Source of the DNA: the human T2T-CHM13v2.0 reference genome, Homo sapiens
Assembly: GCF_009914755.1 (NCBI RefSeq)
Contig: NC_060925.1
Direction: 5' to 3' (one strand)
DNA length: 64,000 nt
Shown: positions 36,861 through 57,430 of the stretch, piece after piece
Numbering within the stretch: position 1 is the first letter of the stretch
Layout of the letters: each line of letters opens with the position of its first letter
Notes under the pieces: generated by a model
What the model was told of the DNA's origin: nothing
What the model saw: only the letters and a program-made list of their open reading frames with translations
The model's database searches: none
Translations under genes and position numbers: made by a program

Positions 36861-37974
36861 CTGTACTCTAAGGGCTACTTTTTTCTTTCATTGATTTGTG
36901 TCTTGGACGTGTTATTCTTACAGTGGAAGGCTGGGAAATAGGAATTAAGATGTCGCTTCTCCCACTGAGGAGAAATAGGGAGCGTCAGCCTTAACACAAA
37001 CAAACTAGCGCGAAGGCCGTACAGCTCTTCCCTTTCTACGCAGGGCTGCTTTTTGCAGAGATTGGTCCATGGTCTCCAGTGTCTTGGGTTCTCACGCTCT
37101 GTGAAAATCTTCGTGGTTTTCTCTAGCCCCCAGAGTCACCTTTTACACAGCCCCTGCTTCTAACCGCAGCCCCCTCAGGAGTTTGTAGGATTTCTGTGCT
37201 AGCGGGGAATGTGTTCTCACCTCATAGAGCCAGGTACAAACTACGCAGACAGGCGCTGTTCTTTGGGATGAAAGCAGGGCCTTTGGGGCTCTTAGTGTCC
37301 CCGTTCATTTGCAGACATAACACGCTTACTTTGTGTAGGGGAATGGCTTTCCCGGAGCCCAGGTGCCCTAATGCAATTCGTGGAGGCCCGCAGGTCAGAA
37401 CCGCAGTCTTACTTGTCTTGGCTGAAATGCGCTGCGATCCTCCCTGAAATATAAGGCAGGAAGTTTTATGAGCAGCGGGGTCCAGTTTCCCTATTATCTC
37501 CTGCTGTTTACATATCTAGTCTTTCTTCAGACTTTATTTAAATGACAACTTCTTGTTTGATGTCTCGCTTCCATATCCTACATCCATTGCCAGGCAACTT
37601 TTTAGATAGCACCCCGACCCATCCTTCCCACCCCCAAGCAGCCCTTTCCTACTTCTGGCGCCAGTGTCCTTCCCGGTCCGTCTTTCTTCAGGCCCTCCCT
37701 TATCACCTTCATGGACAGAAAATACTTAGCTCTCTTTCAACCTGCAGTTTGCACCTGACACGCGTCAGTACCCTGGCAAATTCCTTAATACCCCTTCTCA
37801 AATGGCACTGTAAATTCATCTCTTTTTAACTCCCAGAAGTATCTAATTGGTCTTGTCCCTGCATTGCATGAATACTAGTATTCCACTACAAAAGAAAACC
37901 CCAGGCCTAGAGATGGCGGTTCTGGGCATTGTGCCAGCATTTCCCAGGGTATGTTTTCTGACCTCACCTACTTC

Positions 37975-39106
<1,132 letters not shown>

Positions 39107-39325
39107 GTATTGTCGGTGACATCATCGATAGGGCATTTCTATGTAGATGAGGTAGCACAGGGCTGCTTCTTCACCATGGAGGATTTCCCGTGCTGTAGGA
39201 GCAAGTCCAGGACTGCTGGGTGGACGTGAGAGTCCCAGCTGTGTGTTAGGGCTAGGAGGGCTCAGGGTGGTTGGGGATTGGTGGGGGTGGTTCTCAGAGC
39301 AAGTGACCATGCGTGTAAAGGTGAG
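39107..39325 (+). promoter_or_regulatory. Degenerate U1 promoter: octamer ATGTAGAT 39141-39148, PSE ~39301-39323
   Basis: ttctatgtagatgagg; aagtgaccatgcgtgtaaaggtg. Confidence 0.8.
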
Positions 39326-39363
39326 GCGTATGGAGCTGTGGTGGGGCAGAGGTATGTGGACTG

Positions 39364-40051
39364 CCACTTACCTGGTAGGGGAAATCCTATGGTCACCAAT
39401 AGTGGTTCATCCTAAGGTTGAGGCTCATCCATTGCACTCCAGATGTGCTGTTCTCTGTTATCTCCCCTAATGTGTGAAGCTCAGCTGCATAACTGAGCTT
39501 CACAGTACTTGACTGACTCCAAGGCCAGCAATAGATAGAGCCCTAGCAGATCCTTGATAACACTGTCTGAAAAGCCAGAGCCCTGAGGAATTAGTTCCAG
39601 AGACTCTCTCAACACAGTCTGCCCCTAGCAAGGATAAGAGGAAAAAACAACAAATCCCTTTACTACCTTCTCTTTTCCCCTTACCATTTCTTATTATTCA
39701 AGTTTTAAGTTCCTGATTTCCTGTCAGTGCAGCTGCAAGGTCACCAGCTATGCTTGCATTGCAAGACCGGTCACAGTTTGATTAGCTGCCTTTGTTCTGC
39801 TTCTGTAAGCCCTCTTGCCTGCACCGTGAGTTTTGCACCTTCAAATTCCCACTGCACCATTCAAACTAGCCAACCCCCTTTCAGAAGTGTGTGTAAAAGC
39901 CAAGCCTTGTCTTTGTTCAGGGCTCAGCCTTTGGATTTTAATATGCTGGGCCTGAGTACACTCAATAAAGTCCTCCTGTTCCACCCATTGGTCTCTCTGT
40001 TCTCCTGATTCCCACAACAGTAGTAGGGGACTGTGTTCGCACTTTCCCCTG
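39364..40051 (+). pseudogene. U1 pseudogene split at the Sm site: 5' part 39364-39492, 3' part 40020-40051
   Basis: ccacttacctggtagggga...atccattgcactccagatgtgctg...ctgcataa, then LTR, then gtagtaggggactgtgttcgcactttcccctg. Confidence 0.9.
39505..40019 (+). mobile_element. ERV1-type LTR, 5'-truncated, inside the U1 pseudogene
   Basis: TATA-like gtaaaagc near 39894, AATAAA 39964-39969, end tcccacaaca. Confidence 0.7.
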
Positions 40052-40396
40052 GTCCTTCATGGTATGAATAATAGACAGCCTTTTTTTCTTCACCTATAGT
40101 CACAGGCTCAGTCTCAGTGATTGTATGGTGTGGTCAGCTGTTTTTGTTTTTGTGAGACCTTGTTTTCTTTTTTATTATCCTGGGACAGATGTCTGTAGTC
40201 ACTTGTTTCCTCGGGAGGCAAATTTCAGTCTCTGTGGGGGAGGTCTCTCACATTAGCTGTGGTGGTACTTGGCAGGTGGAGCTCAGGGATCTAGGCTTCC
40301 CTGCTTTGTAGATTGCTCAATGGTCCCCAAGGCCCACTGGCTTTTAACACCACTTGAAAACCTTAGTATTTTTCTGTTGACCTCTTACACAGCCTC

Positions 40397-40665
40397 TTTT
40401 TGTTTGTTTGTTTGTTTTTTTCCCTGAGACAGGGTCTCACTGTATCTGGTGGCATTTTGACTCAAGCAATCCTCCCACCTCAGCCCTTGGAGTAGCACAG
40501 GCACAAGCCACCACAGCCGGCTAATTTCTGTGCTTGTTTTGTTGTTTTTTTGTGTTGTTTTTTTAAGAGTTGAAGTTTTGCCATGTTGCCCAGGTTGGTC
40601 TCCAACTCCTAGACTCAAGTTTAGAAACTGCTAGGATTACAGGTGTGATCCATCACACCTAGCCA
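40397..40665 (-). mobile_element. Degenerate Alu
   Basis: Alu motifs. Confidence 0.8.
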
Positions 40666-41679
40666 GCCCCTGCTTTTCACTATAGCATTCATGGGAGTTT
40701 GTAGGATTTCTGTGCTGGGGGGAATGTGTACTCAGTCCATAGAGTCGAGCAGAAATTGTACTTGGAACTGGTGCCGATGGGTTGTAGACATAACATCCTT
40801 GCTCTTTGTATGGGAAAGGCTTTGCCGGTACCCTGGTGCCCCTGCGCCAGGGCATCAAGTCCTGCAGGTCAGAACAGCAGTCTCACCTATGTGTTCATGT
40901 AATACGCAGCAATTCTCCCTGGAATATAAGATGGGAGGTCTTGTAAGGTTCTTACAAGTAAGACGACTAATTTCCCTGAAGCTTGTTTTGACAAAATTCA
41001 AAATTAATAATAACAGCCCAACCTCTTGGATGACAAATGTCCTTTACATTTACAGACTGGAACTGCCCTGCTTGCCTCAGCTCCTCCATGCAGGTGTAGC
41101 CCTCGATTCCCTCCACACAGGTCATTTCCTCCCTGCTTTCTCCAAAAGAGGGAGACAGTGGTTCTGCAGGACCGCAGTGCTCAAGGCCTTCCAGGGCAAA
41201 ACATGTCAGAACGAGTTGCCCTGTCCTGCCTGTGCCTCACCACTGACCTAGAAATAGCCTTTGCTAGGAGCAAAGTAGGGGGAAATGGTCGCTGGAGCTG
41301 GGGCCTGGGTACTTGGCCAGGTTGCCCTGCAGGAGGGGAAGTACTCAGGGTTAGAGGGGGCCAAGCACCAAGACCTCAGCATCCTCAACCTCCAAAAGGA
41401 CTCAGAGAGATGCAGAAACCAAGACAGGGTTCCTCTTTCAAGGAAGGAGACTTTTGAGGAAGACCCCAGGGCTCTGAACCAAAATTCAGATTTTTGCCCA
41501 TCTGCAGCTTAATTCCACCTTATCTGGTGCAGCTTCATCCTTCCCCTATGCTCAGGACAAAAAAACAGTTCTTCTATAGGCTTGTCATTCTCTGATCCTA
41601 TACATCCTATTGGTCAGAAAATTGTTTTTTCTTTGGTTAACTTCAGACTTTGGTCTGCACAATCTTTTTCTTTCTTGAT

Positions 41680-42085
41680 CTGAAAACCACCCAACAGTCC
41701 CACATGTAGCTTTTTTGGATAAACCTAGAAATGGACCCTTCTGGTCTTAAAGCTTGAAACTTAATATTTGTTTTATCTGAGTTCCTTCCTCAGGAAATGA
41801 CCTTCAGGACTGTCAAAAAAGCTATCAAAGAACTGAAATTCATCCAGACAGTGAGATGCTGGGACCCCTCGTTCATCATGATTGCTTCCTTGCTGCTCCC
41901 TAGTTCCTGTTTTCTTACACATTGTTCATTTCTTTCCTGCCATCTAAACCTCTGGTTTTGGCTGGTCAGGGAGATAGATTTGAGACTTGAGTTCTCATCT
42001 CCCCCACTGCAGCACCCTATTAAAGTGCCTTCCTTGGCAATAATCATCTTGGTGATTGGCTTTCTGTGCGGCAACCAGCAGGAAT
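41680..42085 (+). mobile_element. ERV1 LTR (MER31/MER67-like)
   Basis: ttatctgagttccttcctcaggaaa, ATTAAA, gtgattggctttctgtgc. Confidence 0.55.
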
Positions 42086-42906
42086 CCCAGATCTCAGAAT
42101 TTTGGCAAAGGAGTCTCCTGATAAAGGTGGGATGGATTCTACTGACCAACATCAAAACAATCAGACATTTGAAAGCTGTAATCTCAGGGTCGGGGGTTGG
42201 GTTGCCATTGAGACTTTTCCTTCGGCCTACCCATTAAAATCAGCCTAGCCAGGCCTGTCTTCAAGGTATAGGGGTACAGTGAGGTCCCCCGATGCTTCCT
42301 GATGCTTCTCTTGCTGGGTCAGCAGCCACCCTCCCCTTCCCTGTGACCTGCAGAAAAGCTTCAGGGGGCGTTTATTCAATTTGCTCAGATCCCACGAGGC
42401 ACAGGTACATGGTGACGCTGTGGTTCTACTGCACCCACTGCCCTCCTTGGTCCTCTCACTGTCTCTGGCAGGCAATAACATTCTGGGTGAGCTTGGGTGC
42501 TGAAGACACCCAGGCAGGGAGGGTAGGGAAGGGCACCAGCCCCTTAGGTCCTGTGCAGTAGGGATCCAAAAAAGACCTTGAAGAAACAGAAAGGGAGTAT
42601 TGGGAGTAGATCAAAGGGAAAGAAAGAAATCCTAGGAGATTTCCTGTCTGAAGGCACCATGAAGAGAAAGTCGGCCTCCTCTGGGCTGCGTCCTCCCGTC
42701 ACAGGGGAACCGAGTTCTGGTCTCCATTGGAAACCAAGGCAGTTAACTTTGCCCTGACTCCTAGTGAGGAAGCCACACTTTGTCCTCCCCTGTTTAGCGC
42801 TTGATCCTGTAGCACTTGATTGTCTCCCCGGGCTTTCTATAGATTCCAGGGATGCAACTGAGAAGTTTGTTTTTAATGCACTTTTACTTGAAGTAAGAGT
42901 ATTTTA

Positions 42907-44960
<2,054 letters not shown>

Positions 44961-45236
44961 ATAGAGCCAATATACTTTCAAAGATATATGAAAAGGGTTT
45001 TATTTATTTAACAAACACAAACAATTGCACAAACAAGGGAAGCAAGTCCTTTTGCCAAAAGGAACACAGAGGGTCATGATGATGCTACTCCTCCAGGGAT
45101 TTCAGGGTTCCCAGATGCCTAGTTTTCTGTCTAGTGTCCCTGGAAGATGTTATTCTTGGGGAGTTATAGGTCCTCGCGTTTGAAGCTCTTCTATGTTGTC
45201 TCTGAATTTTCCCCTCAGTTCCTCCCCATTCTGCTT

Positions 45237-45237
45237 C

Positions 45238-45269
<32 letters not shown>
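45237..45269 (+). repeat. (CAA)11 microsatellite
   Basis: Perfect repeat. Confidence 0.95.
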
Positions 45270-45529
45270 AACAATTCTCACCTCCAGATCCAGCCTGTGC
45301 CTCTGCACCAGCCTTTCAGGAGGTCCGGATGTGTGTTCCACCGCTCCCCGGCTTCTTTCCTTGCTTTTGCTTTTCCCTTCCCCCGCTCCTGCCCTCCCTC
45401 CCCACGATCCCTACTACTGCCCAACTGAGCCCCCGCGGCTCCACCGCGCAGAAGGTGCACTGGAGGCCCTGCCCGTTGCCCTCCCTGGGGGATGCCTAGA
45501 AATCAACGTGAATAGACGCTTTGAAAAAA

Positions 45530-45806
45530 GAACTTCCCCATGGAAAAATCTCATGATTTCTATTCTTGGGGTTCTCAAGGGACTAAAAGCTAAAGGCGAC
45601 GACGGCCCCGGGAGGTCGAGGCTGCAGTGAGCCGTGTTTGCACCACTGCACTCCAGCCTGGGCGACCAAGCGAGACCCTGTCTCAAAAACAAACAAAACA
45701 AACAAACAAACAACAAAAAGCAAATCAAAAGTTCCCCATGGTAAAATATTTCATGATTTCCATTTTCAGGGCTCTTCAAAGGCCTAAAAGCTAAAGGCGA
45801 GGATGG
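45530..45806 (+). repeat. ~75-bp direct repeat flanking an Alu 3' fragment (45606-45725)
   Basis: ttccccatgg...tcatgatttc...ctaaaagctaaaggcga on both sides. Confidence 0.85.
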
Positions 45807-46334
45807 ATTAATTCAACAAGTCCTAGTCGTGCGCGCTGGTGAGTGCCAGACCCTGCTCCCCGCGAGGGGACCCAGGAGCCACCCTCACCACGATCCCTGC
45901 CCTGGTGGAGCCCCCGTGCGGGACACAGGATCCGAAGATGGCAGCGGAAGTTCCTCAGCGGCCTCAAAAGTGACTGGGCAGAGTGGGCACAGGCTCCCTC
46001 ACTGGGTGAAGGAGGCGCAAAGAACGGGAAGAGCCATCCCGGGAGCCCACCGGCCTTTCAGTTTCCCTTGGGCCCCCAGGCGGTTCAGGTCTGTGTCGGG
46101 GCCGGGGCGTTTCCGGCAGCTTTTGATGAAGGCGAGGGGCAAGGTCGTCCTGGTTCCAGAATCTCCCAACCTGCGGGTCTCCAATGAGACTAACACGATT
46201 CACCACTCTAATCTCTTCAGTTTTCCAAAGCCTTGCACAGTTGTACTGTCTGGTGGGCTCTGAGGTTGGGACGGTTGGGGGAGTGTTTGGTGAGTGCACC
46301 CTTCCTATAGTGCCCAGAAGAAGGTACAATACCT

Positions 46335-48747
<2,413 letters not shown>

Positions 48748-48892
48748 TAAATCTTGATTTTACTTTTATTTGATGAAAACAATCTAATGCCAGTTTCCTT
48801 CTATATTAATGGAGAATGAGCATGCAGACAAGTGTCTCCGTATTATTAGCCTCGACGGATTTCTTTCAGAGGCTATGTCCATAAAAATTAAT

Positions 48893-50067
<1,175 letters not shown>

Positions 50068-50494
50068 TTAATGAAAATGGATTAAAAAAAATGATTTACT
50101 CACTTTTATATGCTCCGGAAAGAGAATGCCCTGCCAGACTCAAAAGGGTATCCCAGAATCACTCAGATTTTCAGCAATGAGGGTTTTCCAAGGATCTAAT
50201 GATGTTCATTTTTTCAGTTTGTTTCCCTTACTGATAAGCATTAATAGATACCACTGCATCTGTTTTCACCTTAAATGATGTTACTTAACGCAATTATTTG
50301 CTTTTGAATGCCCCCTAGATTGGTGGAAAGAAATTTTCTAATTTATAAATTTTTTTCTTATGAAACCAATTGTCATACTCTTCCAGTGGAGTGAATAGAT
50401 AAATTAAGTCCCTAAAGCTTTAAAGAGATTACTGCCCCAATTATCTTAAAGACAGTAATAATTACATATATAAAATTAAAATATGGAAATTAAG

Positions 50495-51511
<1,017 letters not shown>

Positions 51512-51763
51512 TCATGTGAGGAAAATGAGTGCTTTCAATTTAGCATGCCTAAAGCTAGGCATTAAAATGAGAGAGCAACCACATCCTACTTCCTGCTTTC
51601 TAAATTTTTTTAAGTTAAAAAATATTTTTTTTATTGTATTGAGATGGAGTCTCACTCTGTTGCCCAGGTTGGAGTTCAGTGGCAGGATCTTGGCCCACTG
51701 CAACCTCCTCCAGCCAGGTTCAAGCAATTCTCCTGCCACAGCCTCCCGAGTTGCTGGGACTAA

Positions 51764-51931
<168 letters not shown>

Positions 51932-52344
51932 TGAGCTATGTATGCATCCACTGAAACTGCTTGCTATTGCCACAGTTAGCTATAAAGTAACCTAAACATG
52001 CTGCTCTGGACACCATCTCTCACTCCCTGTAGCTGAACAATGTATAGCTAATCAATGTTATTTCTGTAAACCACTGGGAGTTCCTGACAAGCAACTTTTT
52101 ACCAGCCAACTCCCTGACTCCCTTTTTGGTCTTTACAAACCTGCTTGTAACAAAGGCCAAATAGAACCGATATCCAATATTGTTTGGGTCTGAGCCTTCC
52201 GGGCAACTACATTCACATTGGCTCAAACAAACTCTTTAAATCATATTTTGTGCTTAAGCGCCTTCCTTCTATGTCAATGTTTTTGGCCCTGGGAGCAGGA
52301 TTCAGACTGACTCATCTCTGACCATCTGACTGTCCTCTCAAAGT

Positions 52345-53033
52345 CCTCCAGGGTGGCTAAATAGTAGTAAGAATTTTATTGGTGATATAAGTTTGCAGTC
52401 CAGGAAGTGACAGTCTCCGGTGTGTGTCTTTGAAGAGGCACTTTCTCTTCAGAGACAGAGAGAGAGGGCAGGTTGGTTTTTGTGCCTCACAGGGTGTGTA
52501 TCACACAATAGAGTCATACATATTCAGTAGGTTTGGGGAAACACCATTTCTGAGGAGTATTGAGCTCATGTGCAATGGGTAAACATATATGTAACATGCA
52601 CCCCATCTTCACAGATGGGGAAGGGATTTTAGCATAAAATAAGGCAGAAATTGGCTCTTTATATCAAAAGGTGAACTACTGGACACGAAGTTGGTTTGTG
52701 TGCAGTCCCTGTAACATGGCTGAAACTGGCTTGATATCTGCAGTTGCTTATTAGGAAAGAATGGAAGGCCACTCCTCTGTCCCATCAGAGCTCTAGTGAT
52801 CTGGCTTGTAAATCCAGTTGAGAAGGGCTGGGAAGATTTTGACAATTTGCTTGCTAGCTCCTATTGTTAAGGAGTTTAGCAAGAGTGTGGTTTTTCCTGT
52901 AGCCATAGGAATTCAGGAAGTTGCCATGCCAGATGAGCCCTGAACCCTGGACAAGTAGCTAACTTTTGTTTCCTTAACCTTACAGTCTGTCTTAGTCTAT
53001 AAGGGGGCATGTATTTTCATCTCTCAGATCACA
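52345..53033 (-). mobile_element. LTR24-like LTR nested in the proviral leader
   Basis: Minus strand starts tgtgatctgagag; AATAAA near 52375. Confidence 0.55.
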
Positions 53034-53997
53034 CCACATTCCTCCTGGACTGGGTGCCTGGCCAGCTCTGAAGCCTTCGAGTACTGACTCTGAGAGAAAC
53101 ACTGGTTGATTGAAGTCTTGGAGTTTGCTTGAGTGTCCTTTTCAGCTCTCCCTTTCTAGAACAGAGGTTTTCTGTCTTTACCCTGTGGGTAAGAGATTTG
53201 TGTTTCAGGGGGAAATAACTGCCTTTTCCACCTCTGCATCAGGACAGAAGGTTTGGGTCACAGTCAGGCAAAGAGCTCCCCAGAGAGCTTCTGCCTTTTC
53301 TGCCTCTATTCCTCAGCAGGAAGTTCTGGGTCAAGGTATTGGCAGGTAGGCCCTGGTGGTTTTGTTTTATGTAGCATGTTGTTTTGAACATTTGGACTTA
53401 GGTTTTCATTTGTGACTAATTCCTGTTAGTTCTTAACTGGAAAGTGCATGGAGGTGTGTTCCCCTGCCCTGAAGAAAAGAAGTGATCTGCTCCCGCTGAT
53501 CCATTCAGGTGCTCCAAGTGATCGGGGATGTTGCAGAGGTGTTGGGGTCATTAGTCACCATGTGAAGGTGGCCTTATAGGACACTTCCCATCAGAAGAAC
53601 ACTTTTATCAACCCCCTTTCCTGCTCTTCTGGGAGGATATATGTGGGACTCTGTGGCCACCTGGTGGTTAGAAACAGTGGAACCACTGAGACAGTGACAC
53701 ACAACTCCGGTGTTATCTGTAGGAGTGACTTCATAAGCACCACACTGTGACCCAAAACACATCGCAGGCCTTGGTCATCTGAAAAGCTCCTGAATTATGG
53801 GAAATCAAGCTTCAAAATTCAGCACACTGTGAAGAAACAACCACCTTTAGAAACACCAGCTGGGTTTATGTATAACACTTATGAAGCATCCTCTTGTAAA
53901 TATCCAAGAAACTGGACCCACCTAACCATTTCCTGGTCATTTCCTAAGTCATAAGCAGAATGAAGAAAATTGGGATCTTTTGAAATGCTTAAAATAA

Positions 53998-54271
<274 letters not shown>

Positions 54272-54865
54272 TGATCCACCCACCTCAGCCTCCCAAAGTG
54301 CTGGAATTACAGGCATGAGCCACCGCGCCTGGCCAAAAAATTTGGTTTTAGAACCAAATTAAATGGGAGACATACTTCCAATGATACCTAGAAATTTCTA
54401 AAAGAACTGAGAAAATTGCCTCCAGTGAGGAAGTAAGCTGAAGGAAGTCATCTGACACGTTTTCTGAATTGAGAAATATTGAGGAGGCTTTGTCTCTTTC
54501 GCCTCCAACTGCTGCTTCTCCTCCTGCCCCTGCACCTGCATAGTCTCCCTTACCTGAGCCCTCTGGTCCTGCCTTGCCTCTTCTTCCATCACCATCACCT
54601 GAGGAAAGTCCCCAGGGCTCTGGCCCCTTCCCTGAAACTTCTGTTCTGACAGCCCCTTTCAAGGTAAAACCCACAGGAAGAGGGGAGCCTACCATTCTGT
54701 ATACTGCTTCACCAAAATGTGAATTAAGAATATTATAAAAAGACTTCCCTGGGCTGGGCGCAGTGGCTCTTGCGTGTAATCCCAGCACATTGGGAGGACT
54801 AGGCAGGCAGATCATGAGGTCAGGAGTTTGAGAGCAGCCTGGACAACATGGTGAAACCCCATCTA

Positions 54866-55147
<282 letters not shown>

Positions 55148-56438
55148 TCAAGCAATTCTCTGCCTCAGCCTCCCAAGTGGCTGGGATTACAGGTGCCCAC
55201 CACCATGCCTGGCTAATTTTTTTGTATTTTTAGTAGAGAGGGGGTTTCACCATCTTGGCCAGACTGGTCTTGAACTCCTGACCTTGTGATCCACCCGCCT
55301 TGGCCTCCCAAAGTGCTGGGATGACAGGCGTGAGCCACTGCACCCAGCTGAATTTTCCCTTTCTAATTCAAAAGCAACCTCCAAGATCCTATAGGGTTTA
55401 GGAGAAAATTTGACTTAATTGTCCAAACTTTTGAGCCTGGATATTCTGATCTTTATCAATTAATTCACATGTTGGTGTAAGAAGGCAGGGCCACTAAATG
55501 GTTGGAAAGGGTGAATTGGAATAATCCTTTAGAGGGTTTTTAAAAACAGACAGAAGCAGACAATGAAAGGGTCTGCATTTTTGCCAAATACCTCCATGTT
55601 GCCATTACCCAGGTTGTTCCCCAATATGTAGATTGGAGAATTCAGCAATGCACTTAAAAGGCCAAACAAATCTGTCATTGATATTTTAAATGGTTAAGAT
55701 TTATTTATTGATTTATTGAGACAGGGTCTCACTCTGTCACCCAGGCTGGAATGCAGTGGCTCCATCATGGCCCACCACATCCTCAACCTCTCAGCTCTAG
55801 CAATACTCCCACCTCAGCCTCCCGAGTAGCTGGGACCACAGGTGCATGCCACAATGCCCAGCTAATTCTTTGATTTTTTTTTTTTTTTTTTTGTAGAGAG
55901 GACATCTTGCTGTGTTTTCCAGGCTGGACCTGAATGAACTCCTGGGCTCAATCAATCCTTCCACCTCAGCCTAACATTTACACTGGGAGCAGAGATGCAT
56001 TTGGAGTAGGTGATGATTTTGGAATGCTTTAGAAGCAACATAGGTATCTGATTTCATCAGGTCAAGCCATCAAAAATGACCAATAAATCTCTGATCTCTT
56101 AGAAGCAATTTGAAAACCCTTATCTTTGGCCATCATCAAAATTCCTGGTCATTCAAAACTAGATATTCCGGAGAGCAAGGACAATCATTTTGCTGATGCT
56201 GCAGCTAAGAATGCAGTTCTGAAGGTGGCATCAGACACAGAACTTCTCGAAATGACCTTGCTGACTTATGACCCATTGAAGACTTCATTAGAAGTAAAAG
56301 TGGGCTGGACATGGTGGCTCATGCCTGTAATCCCAGCACTTTGGGCGGCCCAGGCTGGTGGATCACTTGAGGTGAGGAGTTTGAGACCAGCCTGGCCAAC
56401 ATGATGAAACCCTGTTTCTACTAAAAATACAAAAATTA

Positions 56439-56576
<138 letters not shown>

Positions 56577-57087
56577 CTAGCAAAAAAAAAAAGAAGCGTA
56601 AGTGGGAGCTCCTAAGCAGGAGAGGGATCTCTGGAAGGATAAAGGGAACAAGTTTCTTCCAGAAACAGGCTTATGGTATGGGCCCAATGATACACTGATC
56701 CACCCCTTAGGCTTCAATTACCCTGAATACAGTACTTCATAAGCTGCCTCATTGGAAATCAGATAAAATGTTAGCATGGGGAAAGCAATGGTATTGAAAA
56801 TCATTGCCTATGATTGCAGAAAAGGTTTATTCTTGTGGTACTGTTTGTCCCAAACATCACCCTGGAAAGCCCCTTCATGGGTCACAAGGACATTTTAACT
56901 TTAGGACCCTTCGAGACATGGCAGTTAGACTTTATCCAGCTGTCTCCATCTCAGGGTCACAGATACTTTCTGGTGTTAATTTGTACGTGCTCACTGGGGT
57001 GAGCATTTCCATGCCAATGAGCCACAGCCCAAGTAGTAGGTAGATTGTGATTAGAAAAGGTAATTCCTGGCTGGGCGTAGTGGCTCA

Positions 57088-57430
<343 letters not shown>

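Noticed and set aside
40691-41512. 186-aa ORF and neighbours
   Set aside because: The first part is the non-coding U1 downstream block; no recognisable domain
45147-45630. Poly-Q and poly-N ORFs
   Set aside because: Reading frames through a (CAA)11 microsatellite and an Alu; no recognisable homology
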